64,000 nucleotides of DNA from assembly GCF_036588685.1 (NCBI RefSeq), contig NC_086381.1, forward strand, positions 27,962,001 to 28,026,000, read 5' to 3'. The position numbers and the translations under genes were made by a program. Source of the DNA: Mytilus trossulus (taxonomy: Eukaryota). Under the pieces are notes generated by a model that saw nothing but the letters and a program-made list of their open reading frames with translations, searched no databases and was not told where the DNA came from. Below are positions 1 through 15,409 of this stretch, piece by piece. Every line of letters begins with the position of its first letter. The stretch's first letter is position 1.

Positions 1-371
1 GACAAATTTATTTATATCTGAATTCTGTCTTTTTGTCTTTCTTTCTTTCTTTCTTCTTTTCTCTTCTTTATTCTTCATTTTATTAGCCGATTTGAAAAAA
101 TATACATACACCAGAATTTAACCTTTTCACGGGTTATACATTTCTTCCCTCTTTTTTTGGGGGGGAGGGGGTCTAGAATCGAACTATACTTGAATATGTA
201 TTGAAACATTATATAAAAAATATCACGAACAGATTAAATTCACACATACGTCGACAGAGAGAAAAAAGGGGGAGGGGGATTGTTTTAGGATATAAAAACA
301 ATATAACTAGAGTTTGACAATGGAGGAAAAATCAGCAATATATCTTTTACATAAAAGAATACATATGAAAT
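1..371 (-). repeat. End of a preceding inverted block (H2B-H4 spacer fragment)
   Basis: Reverse complement of about 4451-4821. Confidence 0.93.
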
Positions 372-471
372 NNNNNNNNNNNNNNNNNNNNNNNNNNNNN
401 NNNNNNNNNNNNNNNNNNNNNNNNNNNNNNNNNNNNNNNNNNNNNNNNNNNNNNNNNNNNNNNNNNNNNNN
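372..471. other. Assembly gap (100 N)
   Basis: Run of exactly 100 N. Confidence 0.99.
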
Positions 472-808
472 CCATTTCTCTTGTCTTTATCTCTTTATTT
501 TTCCTTTTCTTTATAAACAGCATACAGATGTCTACTTTCTTATTATATATATAACAATATTTGATGTGGAAAAAAAATGAAGAACAGTACGAGTTTCTTT
601 TTTTCCCCTATAAAAGTCCAAGAAAATAAACAACTATATATAAACGTAGATTCGATGAAAATGCGCAAGCACGAGAGGAAGAAAAACTCATAGTTGTTAG
701 TGGTCAATATTGCATATATTTTTGGTGTAAATTTAGTTGCAGTCCTATATATTATACTATATAAGCACACACATTACAATCTATGACCTTATTTTTATAT
801 AATATATA

Positions 809-864
809 TTCGTTCGTTCGTTCGTTCGTTCGTTCGTTCGTTCGTTCGTTCGTTCGTTCGTTCG
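809..864 (+). repeat. (TTCG)14 microsatellite in the H2A-H3 spacer
   Basis: Perfect tetranucleotide tract; equivalent tracts at 6422-6477, 17644-17699, 23330-23385, 28941-28996, 34554-34609, 40166-40221, 45779-45834, 51396-51451, 57473-57528, 63086-63141. Confidence 0.97.
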
Positions 865-1583
865 TTGTCTGTCTAACTGTGATCTATGTGAATTCTTTTC
901 TTCCTCTTCTGCTGTCACATTCTCTTAGATATATAATATATATTTTGTATTCCTATACAAAGTACTTATGCGTATGTTTATAGTTGTGTAGATTATTTTT
1001 TAGCTCAAATCCTTTGTATTTGCAAAATTCGTATATAAACAATAAAGAATACTTCAACAATGTGCAAGTTTCCCAGTATGCGTGCAGTATACTATATAGA
1101 GAATATCATGGCTTTACATGATACAGAGACTAGAGAATACAGACACTGTATAGCTAGAGAGAACACAAAGACTATAGAGAGGATAAAAAGTGTTCTCTTT
1201 GTTTTAAGACACTGAGACGAGTGACAATTGTGTACTATAGTAAGCATGTCTATACGAGAAACTGGCTACACACACTAAGAAAACGGCTGCATTTCTATAC
1301 CACTGGCTATTGATGAAAATGGATGGATGATGTTTTTTTTTCTCTTTTTCTTCTTCTATTTTGCTCTTTAATTTACATTTCCTGTCAATTATTAATTTCG
1401 TGTCAGACTGTTGATTAAACAATTATTTATTATTTGAATAAAGATTATTATTAAGTTCTGCATTACTCTTGATTATTATTTTTTTTGGTCTTATGTCAAA
1501 TTTTCGCTGACACTATCAGAATAGAAACAAATTGTGCCAATTGTTAGCTTGGGGTGAACAATCTTTAGCTTCAGTCCAAAAAG

Positions 1584-2195
<612 letters not shown>

Positions 2196-2220
2196 ACTGA
2201 CCTTTACTCTATACAATAAC

Positions 2221-2260
2221 GGCCCTTTTAAGGGCCACCAATATTTTCCAAAAAGAGTCT
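2221..2260 (+). terminator. H3 3' stem-loop (GGCCCT-TTTA-AGGGCC) plus HDE
   Basis: Stem-loop at 2221-2236 followed by ACCA; AAAAGAGTCT at 2251-2260; present in all copies. Confidence 0.95.
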
Positions 2261-3696
2261 GAATATGTTGTACATCAAAATCAAAAATAGCTGAAACCCC
2301 CTCTCCACATCTTTCTTTATTTTTCTTTCTCTCCACATCTCTCTTTATTCTTCTTTCTTATTATCTTTTTTTTTTGCACTTAAGATTAGACAAGTCAGGT
2401 TACTGTATTGATAGGAGAAAAATATAGAGAAACTTATTTCAAAACATGCAAAGAAAATAAATAAAAGGATAAATAGAGAGAGAGACATACATATTTTTTA
2501 TTTATCTAATTCTTCCAAATCCTTCGGGAAAAAACAAGAATGTTATACATTTTCTGGTATACCCTCCTGAAAAAATTAACATACATGTATACATTTAAAT
2601 AAAAAAAAAAAGGTAAGAAAAAACATACTCCAAGAACAATACAATCCATCTTCTAATTACAGAATTATTAAAATGTATTTCTTTCTAATTTCTGTGGTTA
2701 TATTTTTCTCTAAATTGCATTTTTCTCGGTCTTATTTTCTCACTTATTTTTTAGATGCTTTTTGTATGTAATTTTTACTCATATTGTGTATTCTACTGTG
2801 ACAACATGAGAAGATTCAATTATTTTATATTTCTGAAATATATTTTCGGTACGGGTCCAAGTAGTCCACCTTAAATTCTCATTGAAAACTTTGTCTCCAT
2901 CAATTGTGTGTTACAGAAAGAACTTTTTCTTGAATACCTTTATTTTGTGCTTAAAATGCATCTATTTTGGGTGCTCTATGTGCCTTATAAATGATGTGAA
3001 CATGTGTGCGGATGAATCTTTTTTTCCCATTGGTGGAGAAAAATAGACAAGGCGCAATAATTCATTCATTCAATGATGTACCAATTGTGGTATTTAAAAA
3101 GTGAGGCTGCACTGTGTACATTTCAAAAACCTATGACTACATGTATAAAGTAGCTGCTAAATTTAGAAAGATTCCTAATTAGTTGTTAAAAGATGAGCAT
3201 TGATTGTATACATGTAATAATAACATGTTTGAAATGTGAATTTCCCGGGACATCTTTATTGAAACTGGTAAAGGTGATTTTGAGAAAAATTATCATGCAC
3301 ACCTGTTTTTATTTACAAGTCTATCTGTCCATGCTTAAATAACTGACTGGTATGCTGTAGATTAGTTTTGCTTTTACTCTCTTAAGTCTGCAGAGCTGCA
3401 GTGGACTATCTCTGAAACTGTATCTTTTGAACAAGAAAAATACTGTATAAAAAGATTTTCTTTAAACTAATTGTTTTTATATTGCAATTGCACATTGTTA
3501 ACTCCTGCTTATGTATGCAGTGTGATATGTTCTTGTATTTTAAGTAAAAGGAAATAAATCTCTTTCACATTGGAAAATATAAGAAGTATTAATTGATGAT
3601 GGAGATCATTAGTTATTTGGTCCATCTCTTATAATCTTTGTATTTTTATTTGTATACAGTTTGAAATATTTTATTTTCACATATTTTCAGAGAAGT

Positions 3697-4187
<491 letters not shown>

Positions 4188-4215
4188 ACAGCCAGCTGAA
4201 AAATACAAATACAAC

Positions 4216-4255
4216 GGCCCTTTTCAGGGCCACCAACATTTTTCAAAAAGAATCT
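4216..4255 (+). terminator. H4 3' stem-loop (GGCCCT-TTTC-AGGGCC) plus HDE
   Basis: Stem-loop at 4216-4231; AAAAGAATCT at 4246-4255. Confidence 0.95.
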
Positions 4256-4875
4256 GCATTTGTTGTACTTAAAAAGAAAACCATAGCTTTCTCCTGTCCA
4301 ACTTTCTTTACTTTCCTTTTTCTTTTATTCGTTTATTTTTTTTAATTTCTTTTCACTATTTTTATTTAAGCCTATTAAAAAAAGACCAGCAAGGCTTTGG
4401 ATACAATATGATTCCTGATTTTTGAATGTAAATAACATTTTTATTCTTTATTTCATATGTATTCTTTTATGTAAAAGATATATTGCTGATTTTTCCTCCA
4501 TTGTCAAACTCTAGTTATATTGTTTTTATATCCTAAAACAATCCCCCTCCCCCTTTTTTCTCTCTGTCGACGTATGTGTGAATTTAATCTGTTCGTGATA
4601 TTTTTTTATATAATGTTTCAATACATATTCAAGTATAGTTCGATTCTAGACCCCCTCCCCCCCAAAAAAAGAGGGAAGAAATGTATAACCCGTGAAAAGG
4701 TTAAATTCTGGTGTATGTATATTTTTTCAAATCGGCTAATAAAATGAAGAATAAAGAAGAGAAAAGAAGAAAGAAAGAAAGAAAGACAAAAAGACAGAAT
4801 TCAGATATAAATAAATTTGTCATTTTGGGGTGGGACACAGCTTCATTTAGAAGTTTGTTATGTACAACAATAATA

Positions 4876-4915
4876 AGACTCTTTTTGAAAAATATTGGTG
4901 GCCCTGAAAAGGGCC
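4876..4915 (-). terminator. H2B 3' stem-loop plus HDE
   Basis: Stem-loop at 4900-4915 on the minus strand; AAAAGAGTCT at 4885-4876. Confidence 0.95.
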
Positions 4916-4941
4916 GTTTGTGAAGTTAAACTTCTCGTTGT

Positions 4942-5316
4942 TTACTTGCTGCTGGTGTACTTTGTGACGGCTTTGGTACCTTCACTGACAGCGTGCTTGG
5001 CCAATTCACCGGGTAGGAGCAGACGAACTGCAGTCTGGATCTCCCGAGATGTGATGGTAGATCTCTTGTTGTAGTGAGCGAGACGGGAAGCTTCTGCAGC
5101 GATTCTCTCAAAGATATCGTTGACAAAACTGTTCATGATAGACATAGCCTTTGAGGATACTCCAGTGTCTGGGTGCACCTGTCTCAAGACTTTGTAGATG
5201 TAGATGGCATAGGATTCTCTCCTCTTCCTCCTCCTTTTCTTGTCACCGCCGGGTCTGGCAGTCTTTGCCTTTGTTACGGCCTTTTTGGCTCCTTTGGTTC
5301 CAACTTTTGGTGGCAT
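4942..5316 (-). CDS. H2B: Histone H2B
   Basis: 124 aa [12 protein letters not shown]...KYTSSK; ATG at 5316 (the upstream extension in the ORF track crosses the TATA box). Confidence 0.99.
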   Translation of the reverse strand: MPPKVGTKGAKKAVTKAKTARPGGDKKRRRKRRESYAIYIYKVLRQVHPDTGVSSKAMSIMNSFVNDIFERIAAEASRLAHYNKRSTITSREIQTAVRLLLPGELAKHAVSEGTKAVTKYTSSK

Positions 5317-5977
<661 letters not shown>

Positions 5978-6007
5978 AGTCAACACTACAGAAACTTCAC
6001 TTACAAC

Positions 6008-6047
6008 GGCCCTTTTCAGGGCCACCAACATTTTTCAAAAAGAATCT
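6008..6047 (+). terminator. H2A 3' stem-loop plus HDE
   Basis: Stem-loop at 6008-6023; AAAAGAATCT at 6038-6047. Confidence 0.95.
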
Positions 6048-7322
6048 GACTTTGTTGTGCAATCTCAAACATAGCTCACTCCCTCCATTTCTCTTGTCTT
6101 TATCTCTTTATTTTTCCTTTTCTTTATAAACAGCATACAGATGTCTACTTTCTTATTATATATATAACAATATTTGATGTGGAAAAAAAATGAAGAACAG
6201 TACGAGTTTCTTTTTTTCCCCTATAAAAGTCCAAGAAAATAAACAACTATATATAAACGTAGATTCGATGAAAATGCGCAAGCACGAGAGGAAGAAAAAC
6301 TCATAGTTGTTAGTGGTCAATATTGCATATATTTTTGGTGTAAATTTAGTTGCAGTCCTATATATTATACTATATAAGCACACACATTACAATCTATGAC
6401 CTTATTTTTATATAATATATATTCGTTCGTTCGTTCGTTCGTTCGTTCGTTCGTTCGTTCGTTCGTTCGTTCGTTCGTTGTCTGTCTAACTGTGATCTAT
6501 GTGAATTCTTTTCTTCCTCTTCTGCTGTCACATTCTCTTAGATATATAATATATATTTTGTATTCCTATACAAAGTACTTATGCGTATGTTTATAGTTGT
6601 GTAGATTATTTTTTAGCTCAAATCCTTTGTATTTGCAAAATTCGTATATAAACAATAAAGAATACTTCAACAATGTGCAAGTTTCCCAGTATGCGTGCAG
6701 TATACTATATAGAGAATATCATGGCTTTACATGATACAGAGACTAGAGAATACAGACACTGTATAGCTAGAGAGAACACAAAGACTATAGAGAGGATAAA
6801 AAGTGTTCTCTTTGTTTTAAGACACTGAGACGAGTGACAATTGTGTACTATAGTAAGCATGTCTATACGAGAAACTGGCTACACACACTAAGAAAACGGC
6901 TGCATTTCTATACCACTGGCTATTGATGAAAATGGATGGATGATGTTTTTTTTTCTCTTTTTCTTCTTCTATTTTGCTCTTTAATTTACATTTCCTGTCA
7001 ATTATTAATTTCGTGTCAGACTGTTGATTAAACAATTATTTATTATTTGAATAAAGATTATTATTAAGTTCTGCATTACTCTTGATTATTATTTTTTTTG
7101 GTCTTATGTCAAATTTTCGCTGACACTATCAGAATAGAAACAAATTGTGCCAATTGTTAGCTTGGGGTGAACAATCTTTAGCTTCAGTCCAAAAAGGGAT
7201 CGAAAGCTGTGAAAGTAACTTCCAGATCAGTCCAATCATAATACAGAGATTTCAACCAATCAACGTGAGTTTTATTACCCCGAAAGGCCAATCAGTGTCG
7301 TGTTTGCAAACATTGCGGCTAG

Positions 7323-7808
<486 letters not shown>

Positions 7809-9434
7809 ACTGACCTTTACTCTATACAATAACGGCCCTTTTAAGGGCCACCAATATTTTCCAAAAAGAGTCTGAATATGTTGTACATCAAAATCAAAAA
7901 TAGCTGAAACCCCCTCTCCACATCTTTCTTTATTTTTCTTTCTCTCCACATCTCTCTTTATTCTTCTTTCTTATTATCTTTTTTTTTTGCACTTAAGATT
8001 AGACAAGTCAGGTTACTGTATTGATAGGAGAAAAATATAGAGAAACTTATTTCAAAACATGCAAAGAAAATAAATAAAAGGATAAATAGAGAGAGAGACA
8101 TACATATTTTTTATTTATCTAATTCTTCCAAATCCTTCGGGAAAAAACAAGAATGTTATACATTTTCTGGTATACCCTCCTGAAAAAATTAACATACATG
8201 TATACATTTAAATAAAAAAAAAAAGGTAAGAAAAAACATACTCCAAGAACAATACAATCCATCTTCTAATTACAGAATTATTAAAATGTATTTCTTTCTA
8301 ATTTCTGTGGTTATATTTTTCTCTAAATTGCATTTTTCTCGGTCTTATTTTCTCACTTATTTTTTAGATGCTTTTTGTATGTAATTTTTACTCATATTGT
8401 GTATTCTACTGTGACAACATGAGAAGATTCAATTATTTTATATTTCTGAAATATATTTTCGGTACGGGTCCAAGTAGTCCACCTTAAATTCTCATTGAAA
8501 ACTTTGTCTCCATCAATTGTGTGTTACAGAAAGAACTTTTTCTTGAATACCTTTATTTTGTGCTTAAAATGCATCTATTTTGGGTGCTCTATGTGCCTTA
8601 TAAATGATGTGAACATGTGTGCGGATGAATCTTTTTTTCCCATTGGTGGAGAAAAATAGACAAGGCGCAATAATTCATTCATTCAATGATGTACCAATTG
8701 TGGTATTTAAAAAGTGAGGCTGCACTGTGTACATTTCAAAAACCTATGACTACATGTATAAAGTAGCTGCTAAATTTAGAAAGATTCCTAATTAGTTGTT
8801 AAAAGATGAGCATTGATTGTATACATGTAATAATAACATGTTTGAAATGTGAATTTCCCGGGACATCTTTATTGAAACTGGTAAAGGTGATTTTGAGAAA
8901 AATTATCATGCACACCTGTTTTTATTTACAAGTCTATCTGTCCATGCTTAAATAACTGACTGGTATGCTGTAGATTAGTTTTGCTTTTACTCTCTTAAGT
9001 CTGCAGAGCTGCAGTGGACTATCTCTGAAACTGTATCTTTTGAACAAGAAAAATACTGTATAAAAAGATTTTCTTTAAACTAATTGTTTTTATATTGCAA
9101 TTGCACATTGTTAACTCCTGCTTATGTATGCAGTGTGATATGTTCTTGTATTTTAAGTAAAAGGAAATAAATCTCTTTCACATTGGAAAATATAAGAAGT
9201 ATTAATTGATGATGGAGATCATTAGTTATTTGGTCCATCTCTTATAATCTTTGTATTTTTATTTGTATACAGTTTGAAATATTTTATTTTCACATATTTT
9301 CAGAGAAGTGGATTGAAAGTGTACAGAATTCCTACAGAGTTACCTCCCCGATTTAGACGAAAACAACCAATCAGGTCCAACCTATCAAAAATTCAGTGGT
9401 ATTTCTTTTAGGGCCGCGTTCATCAGATATATAG

Positions 9435-9800
<366 letters not shown>

Positions 9801-10554
9801 ACAGCCAGCTGAAAAATACAAATACAACGGCCCTTTTCAGGGCCACCAACATTTTTCAAAAAGAATCTGCATTTGTTGTACTTAAAAAGAAAACCATAGC
9901 TTTCTCCTGTCCAACTTTCTTTACTTTCCTTTTTCTTTTATTCGTTTATTTTTTTTAATTTCTTTTCACTATTTTTATTTAAGCCTATTAAAAAAAGACC
10001 AGCAAGGCTTTGGATACAATATGATTCCTGATTTTTGAATGTAAATAACATTTTTATTCTTTATTTCATATGTATTCTTTTATGTAAAAGATATATTGCT
10101 GATTTTTCCTCCATTGTCAAACTCTAGTTATATTGTTTTTATATCCTAAAACAATCCCCCTCCCCCTTTTTTCTCTCTGTCGACGTATGTGTGAATTTAA
10201 TCTGTTCGTGATATTTTTTTATATAATGTTTCAATACATATTCAAGTATAGTTCGATTCTAGACCCCCTCCCCCCCAAAAAAAGAGGGAAGAAATGTATA
10301 ACCCGTGAAAAGGTTAAATTCTGGTGTATGTATATTTTTTCAAATCGGCTAATAAAATGAAGAATAAAGAAGAGAAAAGAAGAAAGAAAGAAAGAAAGAC
10401 AAAAAGACAGAATTCAGATATAAATAAATTTGTCATTTTGGGGTGGGACACAGCTTCATTTAGAAGTTTGTTATGTACAACAATAATAAGACTCTTTTTG
10501 AAAAATATTGGTGGCCCTGAAAAGGGCCGTTTGTGAAGTTAAACTTCTCGTTGT

Positions 10555-10929
10555 TTACTTGCTGCTGGTGTACTTTGTGACGGCTTTGGTACCTTCACTG
10601 ACAGCGTGCTTGGCCAATTCACCGGGTAGGAGCAGACGAACTGCAGTCTGGATCTCCCGAGATGTGATGGTAGATCTCTTGTTGTAGTGAGCGAGACGGG
10701 AAGCTTCTGCAGCGATTCTCTCAAAGATATCGTTGACAAAACTGTTCATGATAGACATAGCCTTTGAGGATACTCCAGTGTCTGGGTGCACCTGTCTCAA
10801 GACTTTGTAGATGTAGATGGCATAGGATTCTCTCCTCTTCCTCCTCCTTTTCTTGTCACCGCCGGGTCTGGCAGTCTTTGCCTTTGTTACGGCCTTTTTG
10901 GCTCCTTTGGTTCCAACTTTTGGTGGCAT
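10555..10929 (-). CDS. H2B: Histone H2B
   Basis: Same protein as the first copy. Confidence 0.99.
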   Translation of the reverse strand: MPPKVGTKGAKKAVTKAKTARPGGDKKRRRKRRESYAIYIYKVLRQVHPDTGVSSKAMSIMNSFVNDIFERIAAEASRLAHYNKRSTITSREIQTAVRLLLPGELAKHAVSEGTKAVTKYTSSK

Positions 10930-11206
10930 TTTTGACAGATGTATACTCTCTGAAATGTAATCAGTGAATGATGGCCGTAAATAAAAATTTCTATTTATAC
11001 TCGGCAAAACGGATTGAAAGTTTTTACTTAACGCGAACTTCGGAGAGAGCACCTTCTAACATTCAACCTAACTACCTGGAAGAAGCGATGATTTGATTGG
11101 TTTAGAACTGAAACATCTTTCAATCCGTTTTGCGGGTATAAATAGTAAAATACCACCTAACGGGGTAATCATTGTTTATACTTGTTCAAGTCAAACAACG
11201 TATTAA

Positions 11207-11590
<384 letters not shown>

Positions 11591-12034
11591 AGTCAACACT
11601 ACAGAAACTTCACTTACAACGGCCCTTTTCAGGGCCACCAACATTTTTCAAAAAGAATCTGACTTTGTTGTGCAATCTCAAACATAGCTCACTCCCTCCA
11701 TTTCTCTTGTCTTTATCTCTTTATTTTTCCTTTTCTTTATAAACAGCATACAGATGTCTACTTTCTTATTATATATATAACAATATTTGATGTGGAAAAA
11801 AAATGAAGAACAGTACGAGTTTCTTTTTTTCCCCTATAAAAGTCCAAGAAAATAAACAACTATATATAAACGTAGATTCGATGAAAATGCGCAAGCACGA
11901 GAGGAAGAAAAACTCATAGTTGTTAGTGGTCAATATTGCATATATTTTTGGTGTAAATTTAGTTGCAGTCCTATATATTATACTATATAAGCACACACAT
12001 TACAATCTATGACCTTATTTTTATATAATATATA

Positions 12035-12086
12035 TTCGTTCGTTCGTTCGTTCGTTCGTTCGTTCGTTCGTTCGTTCGTTCGTTCG
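12035..12086 (+). repeat. (TTCG)13 microsatellite, one repeat shorter than the other copies
   Basis: 52 bp; accounts for the 5609 bp period of this unit. Confidence 0.95.
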
Positions 12087-12931
12087 TTGTCTGTCTAACT
12101 GTGATCTATGTGAATTCTTTTCTTCCTCTTCTGCTGTCACATTCTCTTAGATATATAATATATATTTTGTATTCCTATACAAAGTACTTATGCGTATGTT
12201 TATAGTTGTGTAGATTATTTTTTAGCTCAAATCCTTTGTATTTGCAAAATTCGTATATAAACAATAAAGAATACTTCAACAATGTGCAAGTTTCCCAGTA
12301 TGCGTGCAGTATACTATATAGAGAATATCATGGCTTTACATGATACAGAGACTAGAGAATACAGACACTGTATAGCTAGAGAGAACACAAAGACTATAGA
12401 GAGGATAAAAAGTGTTCTCTTTGTTTTAAGACACTGAGACGAGTGACAATTGTGTACTATAGTAAGCATGTCTATACGAGAAACTGGCTACACACACTAA
12501 GAAAACGGCTGCATTTCTATACCACTGGCTATTGATGAAAATGGATGGATGATGTTTTTTTTTCTCTTTTTCTTCTTCTATTTTGCTCTTTAATTTACAT
12601 TTCCTGTCAATTATTAATTTCGTGTCAGACTGTTGATTAAACAATTATTTATTATTTGAATAAAGATTATTATTAAGTTCTGCATTACTCTTGATTATTA
12701 TTTTTTTTGGTCTTATGTCAAATTTTCGCTGACACTATCAGAATAGAAACAAATTGTGCCAATTGTTAGCTTGGGGTGAACAATCTTTAGCTTCAGTCCA
12801 AAAAGGGATCGAAAGCTGTGAAAGTAACTTCCAGATCAGTCCAATCATAATACAGAGATTTCAACCAATCAACGTGAGTTTTATTACCCCGAAAGGCCAA
12901 TCAGTGTCGTGTTTGCAAACATTGCGGCTAG

Positions 12932-13417
<486 letters not shown>

Positions 13418-15043
13418 ACTGACCTTTACTCTATACAATAACGGCCCTTTTAAGGGCCACCAATATTTTCCAAAAAGAGTCTGAATATGTTGTACATCAA
13501 AATCAAAAATAGCTGAAACCCCCTCTCCACATCTTTCTTTATTTTTCTTTCTCTCCACATCTCTCTTTATTCTTCTTTCTTATTATCTTTTTTTTTTGCA
13601 CTTAAGATTAGACAAGTCAGGTTACTGTATTGATAGGAGAAAAATATAGAGAAACTTATTTCAAAACATGCAAAGAAAATAAATAAAAGGATAAATAGAG
13701 AGAGAGACATACATATTTTTTATTTATCTAATTCTTCCAAATCCTTCGGGAAAAAACAAGAATGTTATACATTTTCTGGTATACCCTCCTGAAAAAATTA
13801 ACATACATGTATACATTTAAATAAAAAAAAAAAGGTAAGAAAAAACATACTCCAAGAACAATACAATCCATCTTCTAATTACAGAATTATTAAAATGTAT
13901 TTCTTTCTAATTTCTGTGGTTATATTTTTCTCTAAATTGCATTTTTCTCGGTCTTATTTTCTCACTTATTTTTTAGATGCTTTTTGTATGTAATTTTTAC
14001 TCATATTGTGTATTCTACTGTGACAACATGAGAAGATTCAATTATTTTATATTTCTGAAATATATTTTCGGTACGGGTCCAAGTAGTCCACCTTAAATTC
14101 TCATTGAAAACTTTGTCTCCATCAATTGTGTGTTACAGAAAGAACTTTTTCTTGAATACCTTTATTTTGTGCTTAAAATGCATCTATTTTGGGTGCTCTA
14201 TGTGCCTTATAAATGATGTGAACATGTGTGCGGATGAATCTTTTTTTCCCATTGGTGGAGAAAAATAGACAAGGCGCAATAATTCATTCATTCAATGATG
14301 TACCAATTGTGGTATTTAAAAAGTGAGGCTGCACTGTGTACATTTCAAAAACCTATGACTACATGTATAAAGTAGCTGCTAAATTTAGAAAGATTCCTAA
14401 TTAGTTGTTAAAAGATGAGCATTGATTGTATACATGTAATAATAACATGTTTGAAATGTGAATTTCCCGGGACATCTTTATTGAAACTGGTAAAGGTGAT
14501 TTTGAGAAAAATTATCATGCACACCTGTTTTTATTTACAAGTCTATCTGTCCATGCTTAAATAACTGACTGGTATGCTGTAGATTAGTTTTGCTTTTACT
14601 CTCTTAAGTCTGCAGAGCTGCAGTGGACTATCTCTGAAACTGTATCTTTTGAACAAGAAAAATACTGTATAAAAAGATTTTCTTTAAACTAATTGTTTTT
14701 ATATTGCAATTGCACATTGTTAACTCCTGCTTATGTATGCAGTGTGATATGTTCTTGTATTTTAAGTAAAAGGAAATAAATCTCTTTCACATTGGAAAAT
14801 ATAAGAAGTATTAATTGATGATGGAGATCATTAGTTATTTGGTCCATCTCTTATAATCTTTGTATTTTTATTTGTATACAGTTTGAAATATTTTATTTTC
14901 ACATATTTTCAGAGAAGTGGATTGAAAGTGTACAGAATTCCTACAGAGTTACCTCCCCGATTTAGACGAAAACAACCAATCAGGTCCAACCTATCAAAAA
15001 TTCAGTGGTATTTCTTTTAGGGCCGCGTTCATCAGATATATAG

Positions 15044-15409
<366 letters not shown>

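Noticed and set aside
783-983. 66-aa ORF with SFVR repeats, recurring in each unit
   Set aside because: It is a translation of the (TTCG)n microsatellite and is broken in the 13-repeat copy
1104-1133. Helitron-like 3' end (hairpin followed by CTAG)
   Set aside because: AT-rich 7-bp stem, CTAG is followed by A rather than T, and no 5' TC terminus can be defined
2455-2466. AATAAA polyadenylation signals downstream of the histone genes
   Set aside because: Expected by chance in such AT-rich spacers; 3'-end RNA data would be needed to support them
2846-2871. Possible 5S rRNA box C remnant (TACTTGGA on the minus strand)
   Set aside because: Only an 8-mer; no flanking 5S similarity is visible
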